DNA of 64,000 nt from a virus (Duplodnaviria > Heunggongvirae > Uroviricota > Caudoviricetes): positions 8,165-72,164 of IMG/VR virus record IMGVR_UViG_3300028805_000076; one strand, written 5' to 3'. The position numbers and the translations under genes are program-made. Below the pieces are notes generated by a model. The model worked only from the letters and a program-made list of their open reading frames with translations, had not been told where the DNA came from and searched no databases. Below are positions 53,520 through 62,427 of this stretch, piece by piece (the stretch's first letter is position 1; each line of letters begins with the position of its first letter).

Positions 53520-53888
53520 TTAGAAATTTTGACGTGGAGCAAGGTCAATCTCGTCAAGCAATTTACGAATGTTAACACCATTTCTAGCCGCATCCTCAAG
53601 AATTTCCTTAACCTTTGCGGTCTGTTCTTCATCAAGTTCACTCTTACGAGCTTCAACGAGTCTTAGCAAGTGGTCTTCAAACTTTTCAACAGCTTCCTTA
53701 GTATCCATTGTATTAAGAACACTCTCAATTGCATTTAGGCAAATGTCGTTTACATTGACACGTTTGCCAAAATCAGCAGCCTTGTCCTTGAACTGTTCAC
53801 TCACTTCTGTTGCAGTCTTTGCTGCGGATGAAATAAGCTCTTGCATACGAGCATTCAATTCATCAAAATTAATCTTAAAATTTTTCAT
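53520..53888 (-). CDS. hypothetical protein (helical, acidic)
   Basis: 122-aa ORF. Confidence 0.45.
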   Translation of the reverse strand: MKNFKINFDELNARMQELISSAAKTATEVSEQFKDKAADFGKRVNVNDICLNAIESVLNTMDTKEAVEKFEDHLLRLVEARKSELDEEQTAKVKEILEDAARNGVNIRKLLDEIDLAPRQNF

Positions 53889-53939
53889 AATTTAACTTAT
53901 TGTTTAAAAAAGTGAATAATTTGTTGTATACATAGTATC

Positions 53940-54383
53940 TTAATTTAAATACATAACACCATCTTGAGGTGAAATATAACAATCAAAAACATAATTTGAG
54001 TATTTAACCCTCCACGTATCAGATGTTACCCAAAGGTTTTTTTGAGCAAATTCATCAATTTGTGAAATAAAGTCAGAATAGCTTAAATTACTTCTTAAAA
54101 TTTTAGCTAATGAAACGAATGTTTCTGTATTAAATGTTGTAGCATAATAAGGTTGATATAAAGTATGAATTGTATGCTTGCCATAAATATTTATTCCAAT
54201 TTTATCATTTAAACATGAAATGTCAAAATGATATGTATCAAATGCCCTTCCTATAAAAACTTTTTGACCATCAATAAAATATTTAGCTGATATTTTTTCT
54301 GCAAGTTTATTTAAAAATTCCAATTGTGTCATATAATTGTATGATTTGTACTGTGAGTATATAGTAAAAAAAATAAAAAACAA
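53940..54383 (-). CDS. hypothetical protein
   Basis: 147-aa ORF. Confidence 0.45.
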   Translation of the reverse strand: MFFIFFTIYSQYKSYNYMTQLEFLNKLAEKISAKYFIDGQKVFIGRAFDTYHFDISCLNDKIGINIYGKHTIHTLYQPYYATTFNTETFVSLAKILRSNLSYSDFISQIDEFAQKNLWVTSDTWRVKYSNYVFDCYISPQDGVMYLN

Positions 54384-54469
54384 AAAAAATTGTAAAAAAA
54401 AATCATCTTGAATTTTTTTTGATTACACATATATTTATATATATAATATTTTTTAATTCAAATAAAACA

Positions 54470-54856
54470 ATGAATACAAGAAGGTTAATAAGAGAGTCAA
54501 GAAGATTTAGAAAAATGCTAGGTGAAGCATATGGTGATGATATGCCTCAAATGAGAGGTGGTCAAGGCCAAATGCCTAATGATGGCGCAATGCCTAACCA
54601 AGGTGGTCAAATGCAGCAGTCTATGAATGATGAATATATGGAGACAAATGAGGGTGAAGCAAATGCGCCTTATGAGGAAGAAACTGAACACAACAATGTA
54701 ATTGACCAAATCAGACAATTGGCTATCAAGGGTATTGCTCAATATGCAGATGATATTGAATCAGAGCAATATCAATCGTTAAAGAAGATTTGGCTTTTGA
54801 CAGATAAGTTCTATGAAGGACTTGAAAACGAAGAAGGAAATAATGTTAAAAAATAA
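54470..54856 (+). CDS. Q/G/M-rich hypothetical protein
   Basis: start set at MNTRRLIRE; the track ORF began in an AT-rich spacer. Confidence 0.4.
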   Translation: MNTRRLIRESRRFRKMLGEAYGDDMPQMRGGQGQMPNDGAMPNQGGQMQQSMNDEYMETNEGEANAPYEEETEHNNVIDQIRQLAIKGIAQYADDIESEQYQSLKKIWLLTDKFYEGLENEEGNNVKK

Positions 54857-54865
54857 GTAAATACA

Positions 54866-55321
54866 ATGGCAAAAAAGATAAGATTAACAGAAAACGAATT
54901 GCGTAATGTTGTTGCAGAATCAGTAAAAAGAGTACTTAAGGAAATGCAGTATGGAACAGCTGGTTATGCATCTGGTAGAGCAGCTAGGCAAGCAGCAAAT
55001 CCTAGTTTTGGGCAAAAAATAAATGATAGACTAGGAGGCATGTTCGGTAAAACTTCACAAGAATATGCAGACCAATCGGCAAGAATAAGAAGAATGGGAC
55101 AAGAGAAAGCTGATAATGCTGATAAGGCGTATTATGATAAGCAATGCCAATTAGACCCAGCTTTCGCTGAACAATACCCTACATTTAACGATTATAAATA
55201 TAGAGGTTATTCAAATACAAAACAATTTAAAGATGAATATAACAGTGGTAGAAATGGTAATCCATATTATAAACGAGGAAAAGGGTTTACAAGTGATATT
55301 CCAAAGTTCGGTAATTCATAA
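54866..55321 (+). CDS. IRLTEN-domain protein (third paralog)
   Basis: MAKKIRLTENELRNVVAESVKRVLKE. Confidence 0.5.
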   Translation: MAKKIRLTENELRNVVAESVKRVLKEMQYGTAGYASGRAARQAANPSFGQKINDRLGGMFGKTSQEYADQSARIRRMGQEKADNADKAYYDKQCQLDPAFAEQYPTFNDYKYRGYSNTKQFKDEYNSGRNGNPYYKRGKGFTSDIPKFGNS

Positions 55322-55352
55322 AAATTAATTATAGATAAAATAGTTTATTTGT

Positions 55353-55952
55353 ATGTCTTTACTTTTAAAAATACCAGAAAAATTTCAACCTATTAGATAT
55401 ATAGAAGAAGTTATATCACAATTTATCACAGAAGCTGTTGATAAAGTAATAGATGATGATAGATATAATCATTGTGGATTTGAAATGCTTATTGGTATTC
55501 CAGGTTGCGGTAAATCAACATATATAAAAAAAATACAGATAGATAATGCTGATATTGTTGTTATAAGTCCAGATAATATTCGTAGAGAATTAACTAGCAA
55601 TGTATCAGACCAATCACAAAATGTAAATGTTTGGAATATTGCGTTAGAAAAAATAATTCAGAACATTTCTAATGGCAAATATGTAATATTAGATGCAACA
55701 AATGTTAGCACTTATTATCGAACACAATTGCTTAATAACATAAAAAATGCTGTCGGTAATAACGTTAAAACATATGCAACTGTATTTTATAGTGACCCAG
55801 ATATATCCAAAAAAAGAATATCAACAGATATTGCAAATGGTATAGATAGAGCCAATGTTCCATATGAAATCATTGATAAGATGTATGAAGATTATTTGGA
55901 AACATTGCAAACTATTAAAACAGAAGGTTTTGATAAAATATTTTGGCAATGA
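55353..55952 (+). CDS. P-loop polynucleotide-kinase-like protein
   Basis: GIPGCGKST Walker A and ILDATN; small ~200-aa kinase fold near the RNA ligases. Confidence 0.45.
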   Translation: MSLLLKIPEKFQPIRYIEEVISQFITEAVDKVIDDDRYNHCGFEMLIGIPGCGKSTYIKKIQIDNADIVVISPDNIRRELTSNVSDQSQNVNVWNIALEKIIQNISNGKYVILDATNVSTYYRTQLLNNIKNAVGNNVKTYATVFYSDPDISKKRISTDIANGIDRANVPYEIIDKMYEDYLETLQTIKTEGFDKIFWQ

Positions 55953-55975
55953 TATATATTTATTATTATAATTAA

Positions 55976-56013
55976 CAAAAAAAGACCAAGATTTATGTCT
56001 TGGTCTTTTTTTG
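55976..56013. terminator. bidirectional terminator (gaccaagat...tcttggtc)
   Basis: A7 upstream, T7 downstream. Confidence 0.55.
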
Positions 56014-56244
56014 TTTCTTTATCAATTCTTTTTCTTGATAATCAAATTTCTCAATCTTGTATTCTGTTTTTCTTTTTGTGCTTTTAGTAATTGATTTTGA
56101 TTTGTCACAGCATTGTTTCAGAACTACCTCCAATTCTTCGGCAGTGTCAGTTATTGGTGTAAAGGTCTCTTGGAACCACTTTGTCCAAGTGATTCCAGAG
56201 TTAGAGAAATATTCATATCTGCTTATAATCCTATATTTTTCCAT
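55993..56244 (-). CDS. hypothetical protein
   Basis: 83-aa ORF. Confidence 0.4.
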   Translation of the reverse strand: MEKYRIISRYEYFSNSGITWTKWFQETFTPITDTAEELEVVLKQCCDKSKSITKSTKRKTEYKIEKFDYQEKELIKKQKKTKT

Positions 56245-56291
56245 ACATTATAAAATGTATATAGTAAATATTGGAAAATAAAGAGTTATTA

Positions 56292-56447
56292 CTCCTTTTT
56301 CTTGAATTTCTTGACAATCCAATCCTTGATTGCCTTTATTTTGTCAATTGCCTTGATTACGAACGATGGCAATTCATTTGTCTTATATGCTGTATAGATA
56401 ATATAAGACAAAAATAAAATGATTAAAATGTAAATTACTTTTGCCAT
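56292..56447 (-). CDS. small membrane protein (51 aa) candidate
   Basis: MAKVIYILIILFLSYIIYTAY hydrophobic helix. Confidence 0.25.
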
Positions 56448-56510
56448 AATATAATGTTTTTTTTAATTCTTTATTGTTTCAGAATATTTATAAATAAATA
56501 TTTCGCTTAA

Positions 56511-57671
56511 ATGAAAAAGGAAGAATTAATTGAAATAAAGAAAGATAAAACTGGTACTGGTTTGCTTATAGAGCACGATGGATATATCAAACCAAACAGT
56601 CAACTAATCAAGGAAAGTATGGATGGTGAATGGCATTGTCCATTTCCATTCGTAGTTGATGCCGTATTTCAAAAGGCTGACGTAAAAAATGCGAATGGTC
56701 GTATTTATCCAAGAAAAATACTTGAAAGGGAAATTGAAAACTATCAGCAAAAAATACGTGAACATAGAGCACTAGGGGAATGCTATACACCAGATGTATT
56801 AGTCTTATGTGTAGATGGTTGGAAATGTATTTCTAGTATCACAGAAAATGATTCTGTATTAACTTTAAACACCTCTACCAACGAAATTGAAATCCAAAAA
56901 GTATCCAAAAAAATTGAATATGATTATGATGGTGAAATGATTAGGTTAGAAAGCAGTAACATATCTGATTTAGTTACACCAAATCATGGGTATCCAATAT
57001 ATAATGATAAAGATATTTTTGAAAATTTTTACACTGCTGAAGACATATTTAATGGTAATATAAATAATATTGAAAAATGTTATATTCCTAAATTTGTACC
57101 ATCTTTTGCTAATTGTGTTTCATTAAACAAAAATAAATTAATAGTTACAAAAGAAAATTATTGTGGGAAAGTAATGTGTATAGAAGTACCAAATCATACT
57201 TTTTACGTTATGTCAAATGGTAAATGCCATTGGAGTAAAAACTGCAATCACCCTAGTGATTCCACTATAGACCTTGGAAGAATCAGCCATAATATCATTG
57301 AATTGCATTGGGAAGGAAATACAGTAGTAGGTAAGCTTGAATTGAATATCAGTGAAGGTTTTAGAAGAAGCGGTATTTGCTCAACTCTTGGTGATACTGT
57401 TGCTAATCTTCTATTGAATGGCTATAAGATTGGTGTATCTTCTAGAGCAGTAGGAAGCGTAGAACAGAAACTTGGTGTACTAGTGGTTGGAGATGACCTA
57501 GAACTTATTTGTTGGGATGTGGTTAGCGACCCTAGTACAAATAATGCTTGGATAAGTATGAATGGTAAAGAAGAAATGCAAACTTGGATTGAAAATAAAG
57601 AAAATGTTGGAAATTCAAAAAATATTATTTCTGAAAAAATTACCAAAATAAAAAATATTTTAAATGGTTAG
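56511..57671 (+). CDS. protein with a mini-intein; extein resembles a T4 gp21-like prohead protease (low confidence)
   Basis: Hint blocks: CYTPDVLVL..DGWKCISSI (A), LVTPNHGYPIY (B), VMCIEVPNHTFYVMSNG (F), SKN|C (G). Confidence 0.5.
   Translation: MKKEELIEIKKDKTGTGLLIEHDGYIKPNSQLIKESMDGEWHCPFPFVVDAVFQKADVKNANGRIYPRKILEREIENYQQKIREHRALGECYTPDVLVLCVDGWKCISSITENDSVLTLNTSTNEIEIQKVSKKIEYDYDGEMIRLESSNISDLVTPNHGYPIYNDKDIFENFYTAEDIFNGNINNIEKCYIPKFVPSFANCVSLNKNKLIVTKENYCGKVMCIEVPNHTFYVMSNGKCHWSKNCNHPSDSTIDLGRISHNIIELHWEGNTVVGKLELNISEGFRRSGICSTLGDTVANLLLNGYKIGVSSRAVGSVEQKLGVLVVGDDLELICWDVVSDPSTNNAWISMNGKEEMQTWIENKENVGNSKNIISEKITKIKNILNG
56781..57242 (+). other. mini-intein (Hint domain, 154 aa, no endonuclease domain)
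   Basis: Cys1 at aa 91, terminal Asn at aa 244, +1 Cys. Confidence 0.5.
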
Positions 57672-57691
57672 TTCGAAGATTATATCCCAAA

Positions 57692-58678
57692 ATGATATTT
57701 ATTAATATAAATATTATTTTTTGTATGGGTAAAAAATTAACAACAGAAACGTTTAAAATACAATTAGAAAAAGAACATCCAAATCTAGAATTGTTATCTG
57801 AATATAATGGAAATAAAAATTATATAACTGTACGATGTAAAATACATAACTACGTTTTTAATACAAAACCAAATTGGCTTCATAAAGGGCAAGGATGCCA
57901 AAAATGTTATGATGAAAAAAGAGGTGAAACAACAAGGAAAAAAATAGAAGATTTTATAAAAGAAGCGAATTTAATTCATAAAAATAAATATGATTATTCT
58001 AACGTTGTTTATAAAAACAATAAAGCCAAAATCTGTATAATTTGCCCAATTCATGGTGAATTTTGGCAAACTCCAAATAAACATTTAAGTGGTCAAGGAT
58101 GTCCAAAATGTTCTGGTAAAAATAAAACAACAGAAGAAATTATTGATATTTTCAACAAAATTCACAAAAATTATTATAACTATAATAAAGTTGAATATAA
58201 AAATAATAAAGCTAAAATATGCATAATTTGTCCTATTCATGGTGAATTTTGGCAAACACCAGAAAAACATATTCAAGGAGAGGGTTGTCCATTATGTAAA
58301 TCTAGTAAATTAGAAATGACTGTTAGAAATTTTTTATTAGATAATAATATTGATTTCATAAGGCAAGCCAAATTTAATTGGCTAGGCAAACAATCATTAG
58401 ATTTTTATTTGCCAATATATAATATTGCAATCGAATGCCAAGGAGAACAACATTTTAAAGAATTTAGTGGGAAATTTAAACTTAAAAATACATTAGATAA
58501 AAGAATACAATTAGATATAACAAAAAATGATTTATGTAACAAAAATGGGATAAAAATATTTTATTTCTTTAATAGAAAATGGGAACATAAATCTTTAGAT
58601 AAAATTTTCAATAACATATATAATTCCAATGTGATATTTGAAAATGAAATTAGTAAATTAAAAGATATTTTAAGTTAA
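57692..58678 (+). CDS. zinc-finger repeat protein with a C-terminal DUF559/Vsr-like PD-(D/E)xK nuclease domain
   Basis: two ~60-aa repeats ...CPIHGEFWQTP.KH..G.GCP.C; C-terminal DFYLPIYNIAIECQGEQH. Confidence 0.45.
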   Translation: MIFININIIFCMGKKLTTETFKIQLEKEHPNLELLSEYNGNKNYITVRCKIHNYVFNTKPNWLHKGQGCQKCYDEKRGETTRKKIEDFIKEANLIHKNKYDYSNVVYKNNKAKICIICPIHGEFWQTPNKHLSGQGCPKCSGKNKTTEEIIDIFNKIHKNYYNYNKVEYKNNKAKICIICPIHGEFWQTPEKHIQGEGCPLCKSSKLEMTVRNFLLDNNIDFIRQAKFNWLGKQSLDFYLPIYNIAIECQGEQHFKEFSGKFKLKNTLDKRIQLDITKNDLCNKNGIKIFYFFNRKWEHKSLDKIFNNIYNSNVIFENEISKLKDILS

Positions 58679-58683
58679 TAGTT

Positions 58684-58875
58684 ATGGCCGATAAGGATGA
58701 TATTATAAAAATTCACAAAAAGATAAAATTCCAAACAATTTGTCCAATTTGTGACACAGAAATACATTTTTCAATGTGGAACATTATATTTGGTTTTAGC
58801 CCAGCAGAATCATTAATGTGTCCATATTGTACAAGCAAATTTGAACTTACTGACGAAAATATGCAACACATATAA
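58684..58875 (+). CDS. zinc-ribbon protein
   Basis: CPICD...CPYC. Confidence 0.4.
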   Translation: MADKDDIIKIHKKIKFQTICPICDTEIHFSMWNIIFGFSPAESLMCPYCTSKFELTDENMQHI

Positions 58876-58904
58876 ACATTTTCATACGGAAGAATATGAG
58901 ATTA

Positions 58905-58947
58905 TAAAAAAAACACAATCATATTAATGATTGTGTTTTTTTTTTGC
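58905..58947 (+). terminator. intrinsic terminator (acacaatcat...tgattgtgt + T10)
   Basis: hairpin + T-run. Confidence 0.55.
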
Positions 58948-58983
58948 TGTTGCCGTTATTATAAATAACTTATTATCAGACAA

Positions 58984-59472
58984 TTAGTACGCGAGTATAG
59001 CGTAGTCAAATCTCAAGGTAATCTGAATTTCTGCCAAATCATCTGATGAATAATCAAGTGTTTGGAAGTTTGCCTTTGTACACATAGTGTTCTTCAGAAT
59101 CCACTTGGATACAACAACACCAGTTGGGTCAAGCATTTCAAGCTCAACATCACGCTTATAGCCAGCAGCATAACCTTGACGTCCTGTAACTGATTCAGAA
59201 TGAAGTCTCACCCATTCCATTACAGCTTGCGATGCCGAAGGTCCAATTGGGTCTCTCAAAGTTACATCCATTGTATCCCAAGTATAACGGCCAACAACCC
59301 AAGTAGAAGTGTTCAAGAAAGGAATTTCTGTATCCTTCTGACTAATCTGTGGACGAGCTGCTGATTTGCACCACCACTCTTGTATACCTAAATCTGCTGG
59401 AAATCTCAAGAGCCATCTATTTTTTCTTAGAGGCTCATAATTCAACGGCATTTTTAAAAGTAAATCCGACAT
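58984..59472 (-). CDS. contractile-tail tube protein (T4 gp19-like) candidate
   Basis: N-terminal KNRWLLRF and C-terminal EIQITLRFDYAIL resemble gp19-family motifs. Confidence 0.4.
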   Translation of the reverse strand: MSDLLLKMPLNYEPLRKNRWLLRFPADLGIQEWWCKSAARPQISQKDTEIPFLNTSTWVVGRYTWDTMDVTLRDPIGPSASQAVMEWVRLHSESVTGRQGYAAGYKRDVELEMLDPTGVVVSKWILKNTMCTKANFQTLDYSSDDLAEIQITLRFDYAILAY

Positions 59473-59669
59473 AATTAATTAATTATTTAATAATATATTA
59501 TTTTATATATAAATATAGTAAATATATTTTTTTAAAAAAAACATTTAAAAAAAAATTAATTTTTTTGATAATGAGATATAATTTGATACTATTCGTGTGA
59601 TTTAATTACTTACTGATACCAATTTTCTTTTTCATAAAGATATTTATATAAAAATAAAATAATGAAGAT

Positions 59670-59711
59670 AGTCTGAGTAAATCTGATTTACTCAGACTTT
59701 TTTTTTTGTAA
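59670..59711 (+). terminator. intrinsic terminator (agtctgagtaaa-tctga-tttactcagact + T11)
   Basis: 12-bp perfect stem. Confidence 0.6.
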
Positions 59712-59910
59712 AAAAATCTATAAATATATTATATCTAAAATTATTTCAAACTGAAGCAGAAAGACAAGCGTGTGCTGAAACACAAGAATATGTGTCATAT
59801 ACAGTAGAAAGTGATAAGGTGAATATACATTATGAACCATTTTTTGCAAATTAACACTCAATAATGGAGAAGTTATAGAAATTGAAGGAAGTGGCGAATT
59901 AACAAATGCT

Positions 59911-60543
59911 ATGACAATTCAATATTCAGCAACAACAGTTAGTGCTGAAATTGGCAATAAATGCACAAGTATTGGCGAATATGCTTTTGAAAATATTGAA
60001 AGTGATGCTGGTTTTGGTTTGCTAACAACAGTCAATATTTCTAATGGTGTTACAAGTATTGGTGAGGGTGCTTTCGCTTATTGTACATCATTAACAAGTG
60101 TTACCATACCAAATAGTGTTACAAGTATTGGTGCAGTTGCTTTCTATGGTTGTACCTCATTATCAAGTATCACAATTCCAAATAGTGTTACAAGTATTGG
60201 TGAATGTACTTTCCAAAATTGTACATCTTTATCTAGCATAACAATACCAAATAGTGTTACAAGTATTAGTCAATTGACTTTCGATAATTGTACATCTTTA
60301 TCTAGTATAACAATACCAAATAGTGTTACAAGTATTGGTAAAAATGTTTTCAATAGTTGCACATCATTAACAAGTATTACATCGTTAGCCACAACAGCAC
60401 CATCAATTTCAAATATTACATTCAGAAATGTAAAAACTGGTGGTACATTATATGTTCCAAGTGGCAGCAGTGGTTATGACGTATGGATGGGAACTGGAAT
60501 CTATTATTTAGGAAAATATAATTGGACAAAAGTAGAACAATAA
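59911..60543 (+). CDS. BspA-type LRR protein (copy 2; the N-terminal region upstream is degenerate)
   Basis: same repeat units and identical C-terminus; 59737-59910 is homologous to the copy-1 N-terminus but lacks the ATG and has a 1-nt deletion. Confidence 0.5.
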   Translation: MTIQYSATTVSAEIGNKCTSIGEYAFENIESDAGFGLLTTVNISNGVTSIGEGAFAYCTSLTSVTIPNSVTSIGAVAFYGCTSLSSITIPNSVTSIGECTFQNCTSLSSITIPNSVTSISQLTFDNCTSLSSITIPNSVTSIGKNVFNSCTSLTSITSLATTAPSISNITFRNVKTGGTLYVPSGSSGYDVWMGTGIYYLGKYNWTKVEQ

Positions 60544-60554
60544 CAAGCACAATA

Positions 60555-60600
60555 AAAGCCAAATACAAGCAATATACTGCAAGTATTTGGCTTTATTTGT
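60555..60600 (+). terminator. intrinsic terminator identical to 49228-49273
   Basis: gccaaatac...gtatttggc. Confidence 0.55.
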
Positions 60601-60627
60601 ATAATTATTCAAAATTTCTATTCAATG

Positions 60628-61224
60628 TCAACAAGTATATAGTTCCTTTTTTTTATTTCTCATTTCCTTAATAGGGAGCATCAAATCTTCATATCCATAA
60701 ATTTTAGAACCAATATATTCCTTGCAATATGACTTTCTCATCAGTCGATTGTTATATTTTCCCAATTCGAATTGTGTGGATGATTTTGTCCTTTTCTTTC
60801 CATCAAACTGTGTTGGCCTCCAATTTTTGTCTTTACTTAATGCTTCGCCCATTTTTTCGTGAGCTGTCTTTATATATAGTTTATAATCGTGATTTTCATC
60901 TGACAGAGCTTTTACAATACCTCCACAAAAATTACAAATTCTCCTTGATAGTCCCAAACCTTGATAATCTGGTAGTATTACTATTCTGCTGATGCTCATT
61001 CCATAAGGTATACCAGTTCTTGGTGTATTTATTAATCCAACAAAAGCTATAGGCACATCATTCCATTCAAATATAAAGCATTTACACGATGGATTGAGCT
61101 TTTCAGTCAAATAATGATGTCTATAGAATCCAAGTGTATACCAAGCACTTGGTTCAACTCTTCTCACAGTTAGATTTATTTTTGGTTTTTCTCCTTTCTC
61201 CTTATATATTAATCGGTTTTGCAT
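60628..61224 (-). CDS. GNAT-family acetyltransferase-like protein
   Basis: RIVILPDYQGLGLSRRI fits GNAT motif A. Confidence 0.45.
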   Translation of the reverse strand: MQNRLIYKEKGEKPKINLTVRRVEPSAWYTLGFYRHHYLTEKLNPSCKCFIFEWNDVPIAFVGLINTPRTGIPYGMSISRIVILPDYQGLGLSRRICNFCGGIVKALSDENHDYKLYIKTAHEKMGEALSKDKNWRPTQFDGKKRTKSSTQFELGKYNNRLMRKSYCKEYIGSKIYGYEDLMLPIKEMRNKKKELYTC

Positions 61225-61906
61225 CGCTTAAAATCTCTTTTTCATCTAATTTATTGTATTCCTCATATGGTTGATGACCAGCATATATAAAATGTTCTAT
61301 TTCACATTCATTGTTTTTCTGTTTGTTAAGATTAAACACCCAATCTGGTTGTAACCATTCTATTATATCAAAATGGCAAGATGCTAGAATAATATGCATA
61401 TTATGTTTTCTAATATATCTTTGCAGTGCGAAAGACATTGATTTAGCGACATCTCTGTTAACTACGCTTGTAAATTCATCAATGAATATGGTATCCCCAT
61501 CCTTTGCTGTTCCAATTTTCCAAGCTAGTTCAAAACGCGCAAATTCACCATTACTTAATTGGCCTACTCTTCGCAACAATGTAGGAATACTTGATAAACC
61601 GATACCAAAATATAGTTCACATACTTCTTCTGGTGATTTATTTGGAAATTGTGCAATGATTGGTTTTTCATAGTTATAGGCTATTTCTGTAGTCCCTACC
61701 CTCAATTTATTAAGGACGGTGGATTTGCCGCTACCGCTATTACCTAATATTATTCCTATATTCCATTCAAATGACGAAAGTTCCTCTTCGTTAATCATTG
61801 GAACTATTGTTGTCGTTTGTTCTCTGTTTTGAATATCAAATTTCTCATATAGATATTCTGTATATTCACTATTAATAATGTTTGATGTTAAAATTATATT
61901 AGACAT
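61202..61906 (-). CDS. minimal ABC-type ATPase
   Basis: Walker A GNSGSGKST, signature-like LSNGE, Walker B IFIDEF, H-loop SCH. Confidence 0.5.
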   Translation of the reverse strand: MSNIILTSNIINSEYTEYLYEKFDIQNREQTTTIVPMINEEELSSFEWNIGIILGNSGSGKSTVLNKLRVGTTEIAYNYEKPIIAQFPNKSPEEVCELYFGIGLSSIPTLLRRVGQLSNGEFARFELAWKIGTAKDGDTIFIDEFTSVVNRDVAKSMSFALQRYIRKHNMHIILASCHFDIIEWLQPDWVFNLNKQKNNECEIEHFIYAGHQPYEEYNKLDEKEILSDAKPINI

Positions 61907-62008
61907 ATAAAGTTAATTTATGTTAATTATATAAATATTTTTTTAATTTACAAAAGAGTATTTAATGAAAAAATATACTATTTATGTTTAAGAAAAGAGT
62001 TTCATGTC

Positions 62009-62407
62009 ATGGCTATTGCAAAAAAGAAAAAAAAGAATAGAGTAAAGGGTAGAAAATATGTGAGCTTTGGTGGATGGAATGATTTTGTACACAGTGAGCA
62101 TCAAAATTTTAACAAAATACCCACTAAATTAATATATATTGACAAGCTAAAAGAACTTGAAGATTCAATCGAAGAAGGACAAGGGCAAGCTGTTAATATA
62201 AAAGGTGGTGACAATATCACTATAAAAAAAGGGGATAATAATAGTGTTACGATAGGTGTTAAATTGGAAAAAAATCACGAAGAACATTACAGCAGTGGTT
62301 CTTATGTAATTAAGTCTGGTTCAAATCTTGATGAAATAGTTGAAATTTTAATTAAATCTGTTAATGAAAATGCAGATGCTATAGATGGTGAAAAAATTAA
62401 CATTTAA
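62009..62407 (+). CDS. hypothetical protein
   Basis: 132-aa ORF. Confidence 0.45.
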   Translation: MAIAKKKKKNRVKGRKYVSFGGWNDFVHSEHQNFNKIPTKLIYIDKLKELEDSIEEGQGQAVNIKGGDNITIKKGDNNSVTIGVKLEKNHEEHYSSGSYVIKSGSNLDEIVEILIKSVNENADAIDGEKINI

Positions 62408-62427
62408 AAAAAAACAATAACTAAATT

